20,000 nucleotides of DNA, taken from assembly GCA_012862495.1 (NCBI GenBank), contig BLSG01000211.1, positions 80,052 to 100,051 on the forward strand. Reading direction: 5' to 3'. Both the position numbers and the translations under genes were made by a program. Shown here one piece after another: positions 1-11,684 of this stretch; position 1 is the first letter of the stretch; every line of letters starts with the position of its first letter. This DNA comes from Thraustochytrium aureum. Taxonomy: Eukaryota. The notes beneath the pieces were generated by a model. The model saw only the letters and a list, made by a program, of their open reading frames with translations. It made no database searches and was not told the DNA's origin.

Positions 1-35
1 TTATCGGTAGTGCATGAGTACTACTCTACTCCTAC

Positions 36-120
36 GGGGAAAAAAAAAGGAAGTCGCTGGAAAAAAAAAAAGAGATGGAAAAGAGAGAGGGTGGGAGGGA
101 GGGAGTTTGAAAGAGGAGGA
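36..120. repeat. Purine-rich low-complexity tract (A runs, GA/GGA repeats) directly 3' of the ankyrin gene stop
   Basis: Two runs of 9-11 A plus agagag/gggaggga; it reads as a pyrimidine-rich 3' UTR on the minus strand. Confidence 0.75.
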
Positions 121-1626
121 TCACTGGGCCTCGGACAAATACTCGGCGAGATAGTGCGCAATGCGCGGCAAGAGCGACGGGTCCAGCGCGTTTTGCTGGA
201 TGAAACGCGCAGCCACCATGCTCGGTGCCTCGCCGTCGTTGAAGGAAAGCGTCAAGTTGCGCATCGGCGCGCTCGGGCTCGCGTCCTGCGGCACCTCCAC
301 CGGCAGGTTGTGCGCAAACCCGCTCGGCGGTTGCGGCGCAGCGACGCCGTCGGCTTGCGGCGCACCCGCGCGCTTGCTCTCCTCCTCGTCGCGGCCGGCC
401 TTCACGGAGCGCTGGAACAAGGCAAAAGCGCAGCGGCGCCAGGTGACTTGCTGTCCAACTCGTACCCGGTCCAGAACGCCTGGGCGGCGTCCGCGTGCTG
501 CTGCAACGCAGAGAGCGCGAGCCCGAGCCGGTAGTACGCCTTGGGCCACTTGGGCCGCACTCGACGGCCCGCAGCGCGTCGGCGCGAGCCAGATCAGGCC
601 CATCTCGCTCGTCCGACTTCAGGTAGCAAGCTGCGCGGTTGCAGAGCAAGACGGCCAGAACCTCCTCCTTGGCATACGTCACGCGCGCCGCGCTCTTCTC
701 GCTGCAGAGGCGGGCGTGGCGCGCCTCGACCGAGGCCAGAAGCGCCTCTGCAAGCTCGACGCCGCGAGCGTAGGCCTCGAGTGCTTCGTCGAGCTCCCCG
801 CTTTGGAAACGCTCGTTGCCCTCAAGCTTGGCCGCGTTGCACGCTTGCGCCGCGGTGTCCGCCTCAGCGGCTGCGTCGGCCTCCTCGGCATCGTGCAGCC
901 CACGCATTCGCTCCAGCAACTCGCGCTGCTCTTCCTCCCCGCCCAAACCAGACACGCCCGCCAAAACGCCCACGCACCTTGGATGCCCACTGTACGCCGC
1001 CAGCTCGACGGCGGTCAGGCCGCCACTTGCCTTTGTCGCAGCTGCTTGCCGCACAGCGTCGGCGTCAGCGGCCGCCACAACGCTTGCGAGGGCCGAATCA
1101 GCTCCGGCGGCGGCCCCGGCGTGGAGCACTGTCGTGTCGCCCTCTTGGTCGGTGCAAACCAATAGCTCGGCTCCCGCGACAACGAGCTCGCGCGCCACGT
1201 CGGCAGCGTTGCGCGTCACCGCTACCATCAGAGGCGAGAGCCCTTCGCTGTCGCGAGCGTTCGGATCCGCGCCTCCTTCTAACAGGACTCTAGCGATCTC
1301 GGCATCGCCGAGAAAGGCAGCCCAAAATATCGGCGTACCGACTTGGGCGCGCACGTTGATGTCCTCTGCGAGGCCAAAGTCGCTCAAAGCAGCGCGAACC
1401 ATGTCGACGCTGCCCGAGCTGGCGGCCTCGTGGAGCAGCGAAGGCTTGGCCTTGAGGGCCTCTTTGGTCTCCAACTCTTCGCACGCCTTGTCGGCATCAG
1501 CCCGGCTTCCAATGAGCGTTCCAGCGCGGCGCTCGGCGTCGAGGAGGACCTTGGCCGCCTCCACGCGGCCCAGCCGCACCGCGAGCCTCAGCGGCGTGTC
1601 ACCGTTCGCGTCCTGCACTCCAACGG
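121..1626 (-). CDS. Ankyrin-repeat + 3xTPR protein with C-terminal PFU-like domain (5' end lost in gap; two apparent frameshifts)
   Basis: Ankyrin motifs: DANGDTPLRLAVRLGRVEAAKVLL, GTPIFWAAFLGDAEIARVLLEGGADPNARDSEGLSPLMVAV, GLTAVELAAYSGH. TPRs: KLEGNERFQSGELDEALEAYARG and LLCNRAACYLK. Adding one base at ~552-554 gives a third TPR, KWPKAYYRLGLALSALQQHADAAQAFWTGYELD. Adding one base at ~424-427 joins the 121..603 frame, which ends LTLSFNDGEAPSMVAARFIQQNALDPSLLPRIAHYLAEYLSEAQ* (TGA at 123-121). Confidence 0.85.
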
Positions 1627-2140
1627 NNNNNNNNNNNNNNNNNNNNNNNNNNNNNNNNNNNNNNNNNNNNNNNNNNNNNNNNNNNNNNNNNNNNNNNNNN
1701 NNNNNNNNNNNNNNNNNNNNNNNNNNNNNNNNNNNNNNNNNNNNNNNNNNNNNNNNNNNNNNNNNNNNNNNNNNNNNNNNNNNNNNNNNNNNNNNNNNNN
1801 NNNNNNNNNNNNNNNNNNNNNNNNNNNNNNNNNNNNNNNNNNNNNNNNNNNNNNNNNNNNNNNNNNNNNNNNNNNNNNNNNNNNNNNNNNNNNNNNNNNN
1901 NNNNNNNNNNNNNNNNNNNNNNNNNNNNNNNNNNNNNNNNNNNNNNNNNNNNNNNNNNNNNNNNNNNNNNNNNNNNNNNNNNNNNNNNNNNNNNNNNNNN
2001 NNNNNNNNNNNNNNNNNNNNNNNNNNNNNNNNNNNNNNNNNNNNNNNNNNNNNNNNNNNNNNNNNNNNNNNNNNNNNNNNNNNNNNNNNNNNNNNNNNNN
2101 NNNNNNNNNNNNNNNNNNNNNNNNNNNNNNNNNNNNNNNN

Positions 2141-4161
2141 GACTGGGTACTCGTGTCAACGGCGCGCAAGGCCGCGGACGGAGCGGTCGTGACAGTTAGG
2201 CACAGCAAGTCCGGCGAGCTCGTGCAGGTGGAGGCGGCCAAGGTGCTGCCCGCCAACGATGCCGTCGCCGAAGACATGACCAGCCTGAGACACCTCCACG
2301 AAGCCGCCATCCTCCACAATATCGAGCAGCGCAGCCTGGTCAACAAGCCGTACACGTTCCTCGGCACAGTCCTCGTGGCCGTGAACCCTGTGCTCGACAT
2401 CGGCGACCCGGCCCACTTGGCCGGAACTCGCCAAGCCGCGGACCAGCCCCACCCTTCGCAATCGCAGAACGCGCCTTTCAGCAAATGCAGCTCGCGGTGC
2501 GACGCAAGGTGGCGCGCTCCCGAGCAAACCTTGGGCGCGAGTTTGACGACCCCCTCGCCCCGTCCGCGCTTCGAACGAACCAGTCCATCGTCGTGAGCGG
2601 CGAAAGCGGGGCAGGCAAAACCGAGGCAGCAAAACGCCTCGTGCGGCACCTCGTGGCCAAATCGGCCCGCGGCGGCGCGCACGGGCTCGAGCGGGCCCTG
2701 CTCGATGCGAACGCCGTGTTTGAATCGTTTGGGAACGCCGCGACGACGCGCAACCCGAACTCGTCACGGTTCGGCAAACTTGCCAAGCTCCACTTTGCGG
2801 GAGGCAGGCTGGACCGCGCCGCGTTCAGCACGTACTTGCTGGAGCGGTCACGCGTCACCGCCGTCGCGGCGGGCGAACGCAACTTTCACGTCTTCTACCA
2901 GCTGCTCGCCGGCGTGGAAGGCCCCGAGCGCGAGGCCCTGGCACTCTCTGTGGGTGCAGAAGCGCGCAAACATTTTCGCCTGCTCGAAGCGGGCCTGGAC
3001 ACTGTCAAGGGCGCCCAAGTTGACGCAGATGAACGCGGGTTCGACCGCTTGCGCTCCGGGCTCAGCGCCCTGGGCATGTCGAGCGACACGCAGCTACGTC
3101 TCTTCAGAGTCCTCGCAGCACTCTTGCACTTGGGCAACGTGCAGCTTGGGCCAGCTGTCGCTGGTGCGCAAGATGCGCCCCACTCCAGCAGAGTAAATGG
3201 CCAAGCCGCCCTCGGGCGCCGCCCCAACGGCGGCGACAGCGTGGCTCCACCAGCGCCGTTGGCATGTGCCGCGAGCCTGTTGCACATCCCAATGCGCGAA
3301 CTGAGCGACTTACTCTTGTTTCGCTCCATTCAGGTCAGTGGGGAGACTCTCACGGTGCCCCGCAGCCCGAGCGAGGCCGAGCATGCGCGCGACGGTGCGA
3401 TTAGGGCCATCTATGACGCACTGTTCAGCTGGGTTGTTGCATGCGCCAACCAGCACTTTCGGGGGGCTGCAGTCGCCGCAGAAGCCGACGAGGGCGGCTC
3501 AATCGGCGTCCTGGACATCTTTGGGTTCGAGTGCTTTGATCGAGGCAATGGGCTTGAGCAGCTCTTAATAAACTACGCCAACGAGGCGCTGCAGTGCACC
3601 TTTGCGCAGCAGGTCCTCGTTGCGGAGGCGAATTTGTACCGGTCGGAAGGCCTCATTACTGCGTCCTCCTGCGACGCCTCTATCTCCGAGGCATCAACAG
3701 AGTGCTTATCAATGCTTCAGGGATCGACAGGTCTTTTGCGGGCAGTGGACGACCTCTCAACAACGCCGCAGCCCTCGGACGACAAGCTCTTGCAGCACTT
3801 GCAACGCTCGTTCGCGGCGAACCCAAGCTTCTCCACGCCATCGCTGCGCCAAGCCCACTCGCACTTTGTTGTGGCACACTACGCAGGCCCTGTTCCGTAC
3901 GCGGTCTCCGGCTTTGTCAGCAAAAACGTTGACCGCGTCCCCGTGGAGGTCGTCAACCTGCTTGCAAAATCCCAGGATGACCAAGTGGTGGCCCAGCTGT
4001 TTGGGCGGGAGGCGCTGGGGAGCGTTCCTCTGCAGAGCTCTGGTCCCAGCAGCGGCAGCAGAGCTCTGGCCCGGCGGCAGAGCTCAATGGGGCGCTCCCG
4101 CGGACTGTGCTACAAGTTCCAACTTGAAATCCATCGCCTCGTCACGGACCTCGAAGCCACG
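2141..4161 (+). CDS. Myosin heavy chain, SH3-like N-terminus and motor domain (partial at both ends; one apparent frameshift at ~2453)
   Basis: EDMTSLRHLHEAAILHNI, YTFLGTVLVAVNP, PHP(F)AIAERAF (restored by +1 base at 2452-2454), P-loop NQSIVVSGESGAGKTE, ESFGNA..RNPNSSRFGK (switch I), YLLERSRV..GERNFHVFYQL, IGVLDIFGFE (switch II), EQLLINYANEALQ, FVVAHYAGPVPY..GFVSKN. Runs into the gap at LEAT, just before the expected HFIRCIKPN. Confidence 0.95.
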
Positions 4162-4994
4162 NNNNNNNNNNNNNNNNNNNNNNNNNNNNNNNNNNNNNNN
4201 NNNNNNNNNNNNNNNNNNNNNNNNNNNNNNNNNNNNNNNNNNNNNNNNNNNNNNNNNNNNNNNNNNNNNNNNNNNNNNNNNNNNNNNNNNNNNNNNNNNN
4301 NNNNNNNNNNNNNNNNNNNNNNNNNNNNNNNNNNNNNNNNNNNNNNNNNNNNNNNNNNNNNNNNNNNNNNNNNNNNNNNNNNNNNNNNNNNNNNNNNNNN
4401 NNNNNNNNNNNNNNNNNNNNNNNNNNNNNNNNNNNNNNNNNNNNNNNNNNNNNNNNNNNNNNNNNNNNNNNNNNNNNNNNNNNNNNNNNNNNNNNNNNNN
4501 NNNNNNNNNNNNNNNNNNNNNNNNNNNNNNNNNNNNNNNNNNNNNNNNNNNNNNNNNNNNNNNNNNNNNNNNNNNNNNNNNNNNNNNNNNNNNNNNNNNN
4601 NNNNNNNNNNNNNNNNNNNNNNNNNNNNNNNNNNNNNNNNNNNNNNNNNNNNNNNNNNNNNNNNNNNNNNNNNNNNNNNNNNNNNNNNNNNNNNNNNNNN
4701 NNNNNNNNNNNNNNNNNNNNNNNNNNNNNNNNNNNNNNNNNNNNNNNNNNNNNNNNNNNNNNNNNNNNNNNNNNNNNNNNNNNNNNNNNNNNNNNNNNNN
4801 NNNNNNNNNNNNNNNNNNNNNNNNNNNNNNNNNNNNNNNNNNNNNNNNNNNNNNNNNNNNNNNNNNNNNNNNNNNNNNNNNNNNNNNNNNNNNNNNNNNN
4901 NNNNNNNNNNNNNNNNNNNNNNNNNNNNNNNNNNNNNNNNNNNNNNNNNNNNNNNNNNNNNNNNNNNNNNNNNNNNNNNNNNNNNNNNNNNNNN

Positions 4995-5732
4995 ATTCCG
5001 CGCTGCGGAGCCAGAGCCGCTTTGCAGCTGGGTCCCGAGGCCGTGCAGAGCTCCCGCGTAGGCCTCTGCCGCGGTAATGACACGCTCTGCGGCGCCTTCG
5101 ATCCCGTGAAGCACCTCCTCAAGAACCTGGACGTCTTGCTCAACTCGGGCGATCGCCGACTCCTCGTTGCCAGGGACTCTGTAGGCCTGGAGAGCCTGGT
5201 TCCAGCGGTCGCGACCCTCGTTCTCGCCTACCCGCTCCAGCCGCGTGCCGGGCTTTAGCACAACCAGTGACTTCTTGTACGTCTCCCATTTGTGCTCGTC
5301 GGAGATGGTCAGGAAGGCCAGCACCGTCGCGTCGGTGCGAAAATAGGCGTTCGCGAGCACGTTGTCCATAAACGCGGTCAGAGCGCGCATTCGCACCTTG
5401 AGGAAGGTCTCTGCCGTGTTCCCGACGACCCGCTTTTCGGGCAGCCCCGGGATGATCATGCCCACGTATCGCCGCAGCAGGATGTCGCGCAGCCACTCAA
5501 ACTCGGAGAACCGCCTGCGCACGCGCTTGCCCAAGCTGTGCGCGCAGACTGCAAACATCACGGGCGGCTTGGGGTTCATCAGCGTGCGCGCGCCCTGCAC
5601 CGGGTCGCCGATGTCGACGGCCATGTCGCTCAGGAGGACGCGCTGCTTCCACAAGTCGTGCTCCTTCCAAAACTCGTTCAGTTCGTTGTCCGAGCGGTCA
5701 AGCACCGTCGTTTGTGTGATTCTCACCTCTTC
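4995..5732 (-). CDS. Sorting nexin (PX domain followed by start of a BAR/Vps5-like helical domain), internal fragment
   Basis: PX signature VRRRFSEFEWLRDILLRRYVGMIIPGLPEK...FLKVRMRALTAFMDNVLANAYFRTDATVLAFLT, followed by amphipathic helices (ESAIARVEQDVQVLEEVLHGIEGAAERVITAAEAYAGALHGLG). The frame is open across the whole contig between two gaps. Confidence 0.88.
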
Positions 5733-6513
5733 NNNNNNNNNNNNNNNNNNNNNNNNNNNNNNNNNNNNNNNNNNNNNNNNNNNNNNNNNNNNNNNNNNNN
5801 NNNNNNNNNNNNNNNNNNNNNNNNNNNNNNNNNNNNNNNNNNNNNNNNNNNNNNNNNNNNNNNNNNNNNNNNNNNNNNNNNNNNNNNNNNNNNNNNNNNN
5901 NNNNNNNNNNNNNNNNNNNNNNNNNNNNNNNNNNNNNNNNNNNNNNNNNNNNNNNNNNNNNNNNNNNNNNNNNNNNNNNNNNNNNNNNNNNNNNNNNNNN
6001 NNNNNNNNNNNNNNNNNNNNNNNNNNNNNNNNNNNNNNNNNNNNNNNNNNNNNNNNNNNNNNNNNNNNNNNNNNNNNNNNNNNNNNNNNNNNNNNNNNNN
6101 NNNNNNNNNNNNNNNNNNNNNNNNNNNNNNNNNNNNNNNNNNNNNNNNNNNNNNNNNNNNNNNNNNNNNNNNNNNNNNNNNNNNNNNNNNNNNNNNNNNN
6201 NNNNNNNNNNNNNNNNNNNNNNNNNNNNNNNNNNNNNNNNNNNNNNNNNNNNNNNNNNNNNNNNNNNNNNNNNNNNNNNNNNNNNNNNNNNNNNNNNNNN
6301 NNNNNNNNNNNNNNNNNNNNNNNNNNNNNNNNNNNNNNNNNNNNNNNNNNNNNNNNNNNNNNNNNNNNNNNNNNNNNNNNNNNNNNNNNNNNNNNNNNNN
6401 NNNNNNNNNNNNNNNNNNNNNNNNNNNNNNNNNNNNNNNNNNNNNNNNNNNNNNNNNNNNNNNNNNNNNNNNNNNNNNNNNNNNNNNNNNNNNNNNNNNN
6501 NNNNNNNNNNNNN

Positions 6514-9500
6514 GGCCGTCCCCGCGCCCAAAGCCCATCGTTGTGCCCTTGGTTTCGCCCGCGGCCTCGGTGGCCGCCGGTGGTGCGAGCCCAACAAGCC
6601 CCCAACCAGGGCGAGCCCGCCACGTAGCCCGGCGAGCCCGAAAAGCCCCATGCCCGTCTCTCTTGCGGACGCCAAAGCATACAAGAGCGGGTCTGGCCGC
6701 CGCCTGCTAGCAGTCACCTGCACGCCGCGGAGCGAGATTTCGGAGGAAGAGCCGCGGAGCGGAGCCTTTATGCCAACCTACGACGAGCTTGGACGCAAAG
6801 CCTCTCCTCGGAGCGCGTCAGCGACCCCGCGAGTGCGGTCTGCAAGCCCCAAGAGCGCACCGGCCGAGTCCCGAAAGCAGACCACTCTGCTTGACGTCCT
6901 TGAGTGGTACAGCGACTTTGAGCTGTCGTTCGACGACAGGATTATGCAGGCCTCGGAGCAACGTGCCTGGCGTGAGCTAGAAAAGGAGCGGCAGGCCGCC
7001 GAGCTGCAAGCCTGGCTTGCTCTGCCAGAGTTTATTCCAGAACCTGCCTCTGTTCCCGCTGACTCGCTCAAGGTCGAGCTGCGCGTGGCGAGCTCGTTTG
7101 AGGCAAGTTGGGGTCGCGAGCCCGAGGCACCGCCTTTTGATCCGCCAACCCCAATCGACCCTGCCGTGGCCTGGCCCGTCGGGCTGATGAAGTGGTGGAC
7201 CTCTGAAGCCGCGGCGCCGCGGCGCAAACTCTTTCTTGAAGCCGAAGTTCGCATTGCCTGCTCGAACAAGGCAGTGCAAAGCCAGGCAGAGCAAGCAGGA
7301 TTCGGGGGCGTTGATGCCGCCGACGCAGAGGCCCAGACGCGGCCCCGCCGGGCGAAGTGGCGAGACTTTCGGGCATGGTACTTTGGCTCAGACGGCGCAC
7401 AAGTCAGGCAAGACCTGCTCACGCGAGAGATGGCTCGCCTTGCGACGGCGTGGAACAGTCAAGTCGCCAAGTGGCAAAGGCATGCTGACCTGAGCGCCGC
7501 GGCACAGAAAAGCATCGGTGGCGACAAAGCAGACCCAGGTCTCGCAAGCCGCGCGTTGCGCTTCGAGCTCGCCCACGCGTTTCGACCCTCGAATGCTGCT
7601 GTGCTGCAAGAGCTCGCTTTTGGCCAGACCTGGGGTGAGTCGTTGACGTGGCAAAAGCTGTCCGAAGAAGAGCGGGATTTGGAGGTTCGCACAGCCATGT
7701 GCGACCGCGTCGTGCGGTCTTTGGCCCAAGCCGCAGGGGTCTTTCCGATGGACGAAGCGTTTGACGAGGAAGACGTGGAGCACATGCTCGACCCCTCCGA
7801 AGTAACTGTGCAGGAGAAAGCGCTCGAGGACCCCGCAGTGATGTCTGTTCTCAAGCTGTGGTTTGCAGGGCATCCAGATGTGCGAGCGACCTTCCTTCGG
7901 CGCGAGTTTGAGTGCGCGGCCGGGGACTTTGTACAAGACCAGCCCGAGTTTGAGGCCGCCAAATCAGGATCGCTCGCCCAAGTCAAGAGCCTGAAAGAGC
8001 GGCTCGCGCTCGTTGCTGCAAGACGGTGCGCGGTGCAGTTTGGCGAAATGCAGAGTGCGGTCTTGGCAAGCTGGCTGGAAGGGGGTTTCCGCGAGGAAGA
8101 GGAGGGTGCGGGGGAGGGTAGCTCGCCGGTGCCCGTGCCGCAGAGGGTCTTTTCCGTCGACGACGCATTGTACAGCCGACTCAGCGAAGAGGAGGACGCG
8201 AGGTTCATGCGGGAATTAGCAGAACTCGTCAAAATGAAGAATGCTGCAAAGCGCCTGCTCACCCACGATCAAAGGCTGGCACGACGGCGGCGCGAGTCCT
8301 CCAAGGCCAGCGTCGACTTGCGCAAGGCCCGAATTTTGTTTGAGCGAGTTGTCGAGGTCACGAAAAAGCTGGAGGAGCAGGAGAATGCCCGGAACGAAGC
8401 CATGTTTGAAAACGAGTGCAAGAATGAGCGCAACAAAGCGTCGCGGGCAATCAAAGCAGCGATGCTAGAGCTGGATCATCACGTCAGAGTATCGCTCATC
8501 GAGGCGGCCGAAGCCTTGTGCGAGAAAAATATCGAGGTGGCCCGCCTGCGGTTGCACACCAAGGAGATCGCCGTGCGCCGCAAGAGCCTCGAAACCCGTT
8601 TGAGCTACCGCTGTCACGTTGAGAGCGTGGAAGTCTCGTGCCGCATCGCGCAACGAAAAGTGCTAGAGTCCCTTCGAGACGCGCTGGATACTACGATTCG
8701 CGAGCACAACAGACGGCGGAGGAGCAGCGTTGTCAACCCCTGCGAGCAGGCCGTCGACTTGGGGGAGGAGGCGCCTGGCACCCCCGACGAAGACATTGAT
8801 GCTTTTGAGGAGGTCAAGCTGAGCTCTGGCAAGGCGTTTAAGATCAGGCTTAGTGAGTGGGACTCTGCCGAAATGCTTCGAAAGCGGGAACGAGCGAGGC
8901 GAGAAGCGCTCTTGGAGATTTTAAGGTTTCTCGAAAAGGAGCAGGTGGACATGCAAGCGCTGCGCCGTCAGATCCTTGAGGCTGAGAGCGACGGCGAGCC
9001 TTTGGACGATGGCGAGCCTTTGGACGACGCCGGGGACGACGCTGTGGGCGATCCCGACAACCTCGACTTTGAGCTCGACCGCGAAGAAGATAGCGAGGTT
9101 GGTACCAGCGAGCAAGCCGACGGTGCTGGCGAAAACGCTTCTGTACGAGACTGGTTTGGCATTGCTCGCATCAAGACCAAGCGGCGTCTCGGCGAGGCCG
9201 GGATGCATATCCTCACAGAGAGCGAGGCGCACGGCAAAATCGAACCTGAGCCACCTTTGACCCACTCCATGTCAGCAGGGATCCGTCGATCGAGCACGCA
9301 AATCATTGAAAAGGTTGCTGCAAAGTCGCGATCATCGCGGGCTCTCCTGGCCTCTGCGGACGGCGAGAGCATGGGCGAATTTCGCGAGTGGTATGTGAAG
9401 GACAAGTCGGTGAGGATTCAGTTTCTGCAGCGGCGCGTCTCCAAGTTTCAGAGCTTTGCAGACGGGATGCGGGAACGCGGAGAGCACCACCGAATCTCGC

Positions 9501-11415
9501 AAGTGGGCGTTTTTGACGGAGAAGCTGCGCTTGAGGTCCCCCCTGTGAGCCGGTCCATCATGCGCCGCATGAAGCTGTTTCGCATCCGCAAGATGTACAA
9601 GCCACAAGAGCTGGAGCGAGACGACGAGGCTATGCGAGAGGCCGAGCTAGCCGGACAGGCTGAACTGCAGGCCCACTCGACATGCTGTATCGCCAGCAGA
9701 TGGAGGCGCTTCGGCGCAAGCTTCGGCGCGACTTGGAAGCAGAGTTGAAGAGCCGCGCTTGGCCGGGTTTGAAGGCGACGGCAGCGACACGGAAAGCCAG
9801 GCCGGCGAAGGCGCAGATAGCACGCTAGCAGAAGCGGTCGAGCTGGCAGGCGCAGATCCTCTTGGGCCAAAGCCAAAGCCAAAGCCAATCGGAGCGGAGG
9901 CGATGCCCGCTGAGGCTGCCGTCGCTTCCGCCAACGCCACAGAACTCGCCCAACGTCGCGCCGATGATGAGAGCGACGGCGTTGTACCCGACGAGGCTGA
10001 GGCTGGTTTTGTTGAAGCCTTTGCGTTCGGGACGGATGTAGAGCGATCCGTGATTGCGGACATTCCCAAAAGCGCGTGGAAGGGAGGATCAGGGCTGGAG
10101 AACGGCGACGAGGAATGGGAGGCGACCGAGGCCGAAAGGGCGGCTGAGGCCCGATTCCTCGCTGAAGAGGAAGAGCGGCGAAAAGCCGAGTTGGCGAAAA
10201 TGCGCGCCGAGGAAGCTGCGTTGCGCAAGCATTATGCCAGGGAGCGCCGAAACTTGCTTCTAGCGAAAGAGGAGGCCGAGCTGAACAGGATGGTCGAGCT
10301 GCAAAGAGAGGAGGACCGACAGCGGCGCGAGCACCCTTCTGGGCTGTGTCTTCGCGAGCTTGTTTTGCTCGAGCGCAAACAGATGGAGGCCGAAGATGCC
10401 GGCTCGCGCGAGCGCTGGGCCGACATCGACGCGGACGAGCTGCAGAGGTTCCAAGTGGAGGTTCTGCGGCAGGCGGGAGCAAGAGGCGGAGGCCGCAAGG
10501 GAGCAAGAGGAGCTGCGCCGCAAACTAGAGGAGCGCAGAGCCCTGCAAGCGCGGGAAGCGATCGTCGCAGAGCGTGAGCAGTTCGAGATGGAGCTGGAAG
10601 ACGAGAAAGCTCGCAAGCTTTGCGTGATTTGGGAGGCTGCGCGGCGGCACGGCAAGCGGTTGGCCTGGATGGAGAAGATAGCCTACCTCGAGTTTGAGCC
10701 GTACTTTGAGGCGCCGGAAGAGCCTGCTCTGCTCCCGGAGATGCGGCGAGAGGGCTCCACCAAGTGGCGTGACGGCAAGCAAAAGTCGACGAGGAGTGAC
10801 TGGAGAAGACCGCCACCTCGCGCGAAAGCAGAGGTTCGCCCCCCACCTGCTGTGAAGGTGGACGTGTCGCTCCACCGAGCGTTCGAAACGCCGATTTGCC
10901 GCGAGGATAAACGTCTTGGGCCAGTGCGACCAGGCCTGGCGTGGCTTCGCGAGAGAGAGCAAGCGAGCAAGGTCGCAGACGCGCAGGCTCGAGCCGCTAG
11001 ACGGGCGCGGAAGGCAGAGCTTCGCAAGCTGGAGGAGAACCTACAACAGCGCGCCGTCCGGGTGCCGTTTGGTGTTCGTGGAAGCCGCGTCGACAAGCCC
11101 CAAGCCGGCGCGGCGGCCAAGGCGCTGCCGCTTGCGCTGAAGCAAGTGGCGTCGGCTCCAGAGCTGGACGCGGACCGTGAGCGCGCAGAAGGGCGCTTGC
11201 CGGCGGCGTCCAGTTGTGAACCCGCAGAAGGGCGCTTTCCGGCGGTGTCCAGTTGCTCGATTGGGCGCCTGGACAGGTCGGAGGACCCGAGGTCAGAGGG
11301 CCGAGCGCCGGCCGATGGGCGAGGAGGCGGTTCTGGCAAGAGCAAAGAGCAGCGAGACTCGGGTCTTGGCGGCTCTGGCGTGATCCGCGTGCCCCTCGCG
11401 CCTCATTTGATGTGA
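6514..11415 (+). CDS. Large uncharacterised charged coiled-coil protein (>1600 aa once frameshifts are repaired; start probably in gap)
   Basis: ORFs 6650..9748, 9759..10577 and 10360..11415 join into one protein-like sequence with single-base fixes at ~9675 (AELQA-LDMLYRQQMEALRRKLRRDLEAELKSR), ~9757 (-LAGFEGDGSDTES) and ~10472 (EVLRQ-REQEAEAAREQEELRR). A probable further fix at ~6600 joins a Ser-Pro-rich N-terminal part. It has long E/R/K/A-rich heptad segments and a TGA stop at 11413-11415. Confidence 0.75.
8990..9027 (+). repeat. In-frame 18-nt tandem duplication (DGEPLD x2)
   Basis: gacggcgagcctttggac followed by gatggcgagcctttggac. Confidence 0.9.
11184..11255 (+). repeat. In-frame 39-nt tandem duplication (AEGRLPAASSCEP / AEGRFPAVSSCS)
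   Basis: cgcagaagggcgcttgccggcggcgtccagttg at 11184 recurs at 11223 with two substitutions. Confidence 0.9.
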
Positions 11416-11684
11416 GCCGCGTGCTGCTCACGTCGGATTCGAGCGCTGGTCTTGCGCAGTGCTGCAGATTGGAAGCGCGTTTAAAACGAAGTAGAGAAAC
11501 TAATTGAAGGGTTGCTTGCTCTCGCTAGCTAGAGTGTAGAGAGCTCTGAGAACACATCGACGACGACGGCGATAAACGCACATAGATTCTAAAGCCTCAT
11601 CTCAGGCGCCGCCTGGTCTTTATTGCGCACACCCGCAAGAGGCGCCAGATCCGACCAGATCAGGCAACACGGCTGCATGAAAGC

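Noticed and set aside
816..6723. ORFs that span N gaps (e.g. 1343..2596, 2485..5061, 4110..6680)
   Set aside because: Ns hide stop codons, so continuity across gaps is not evidence of a single gene.
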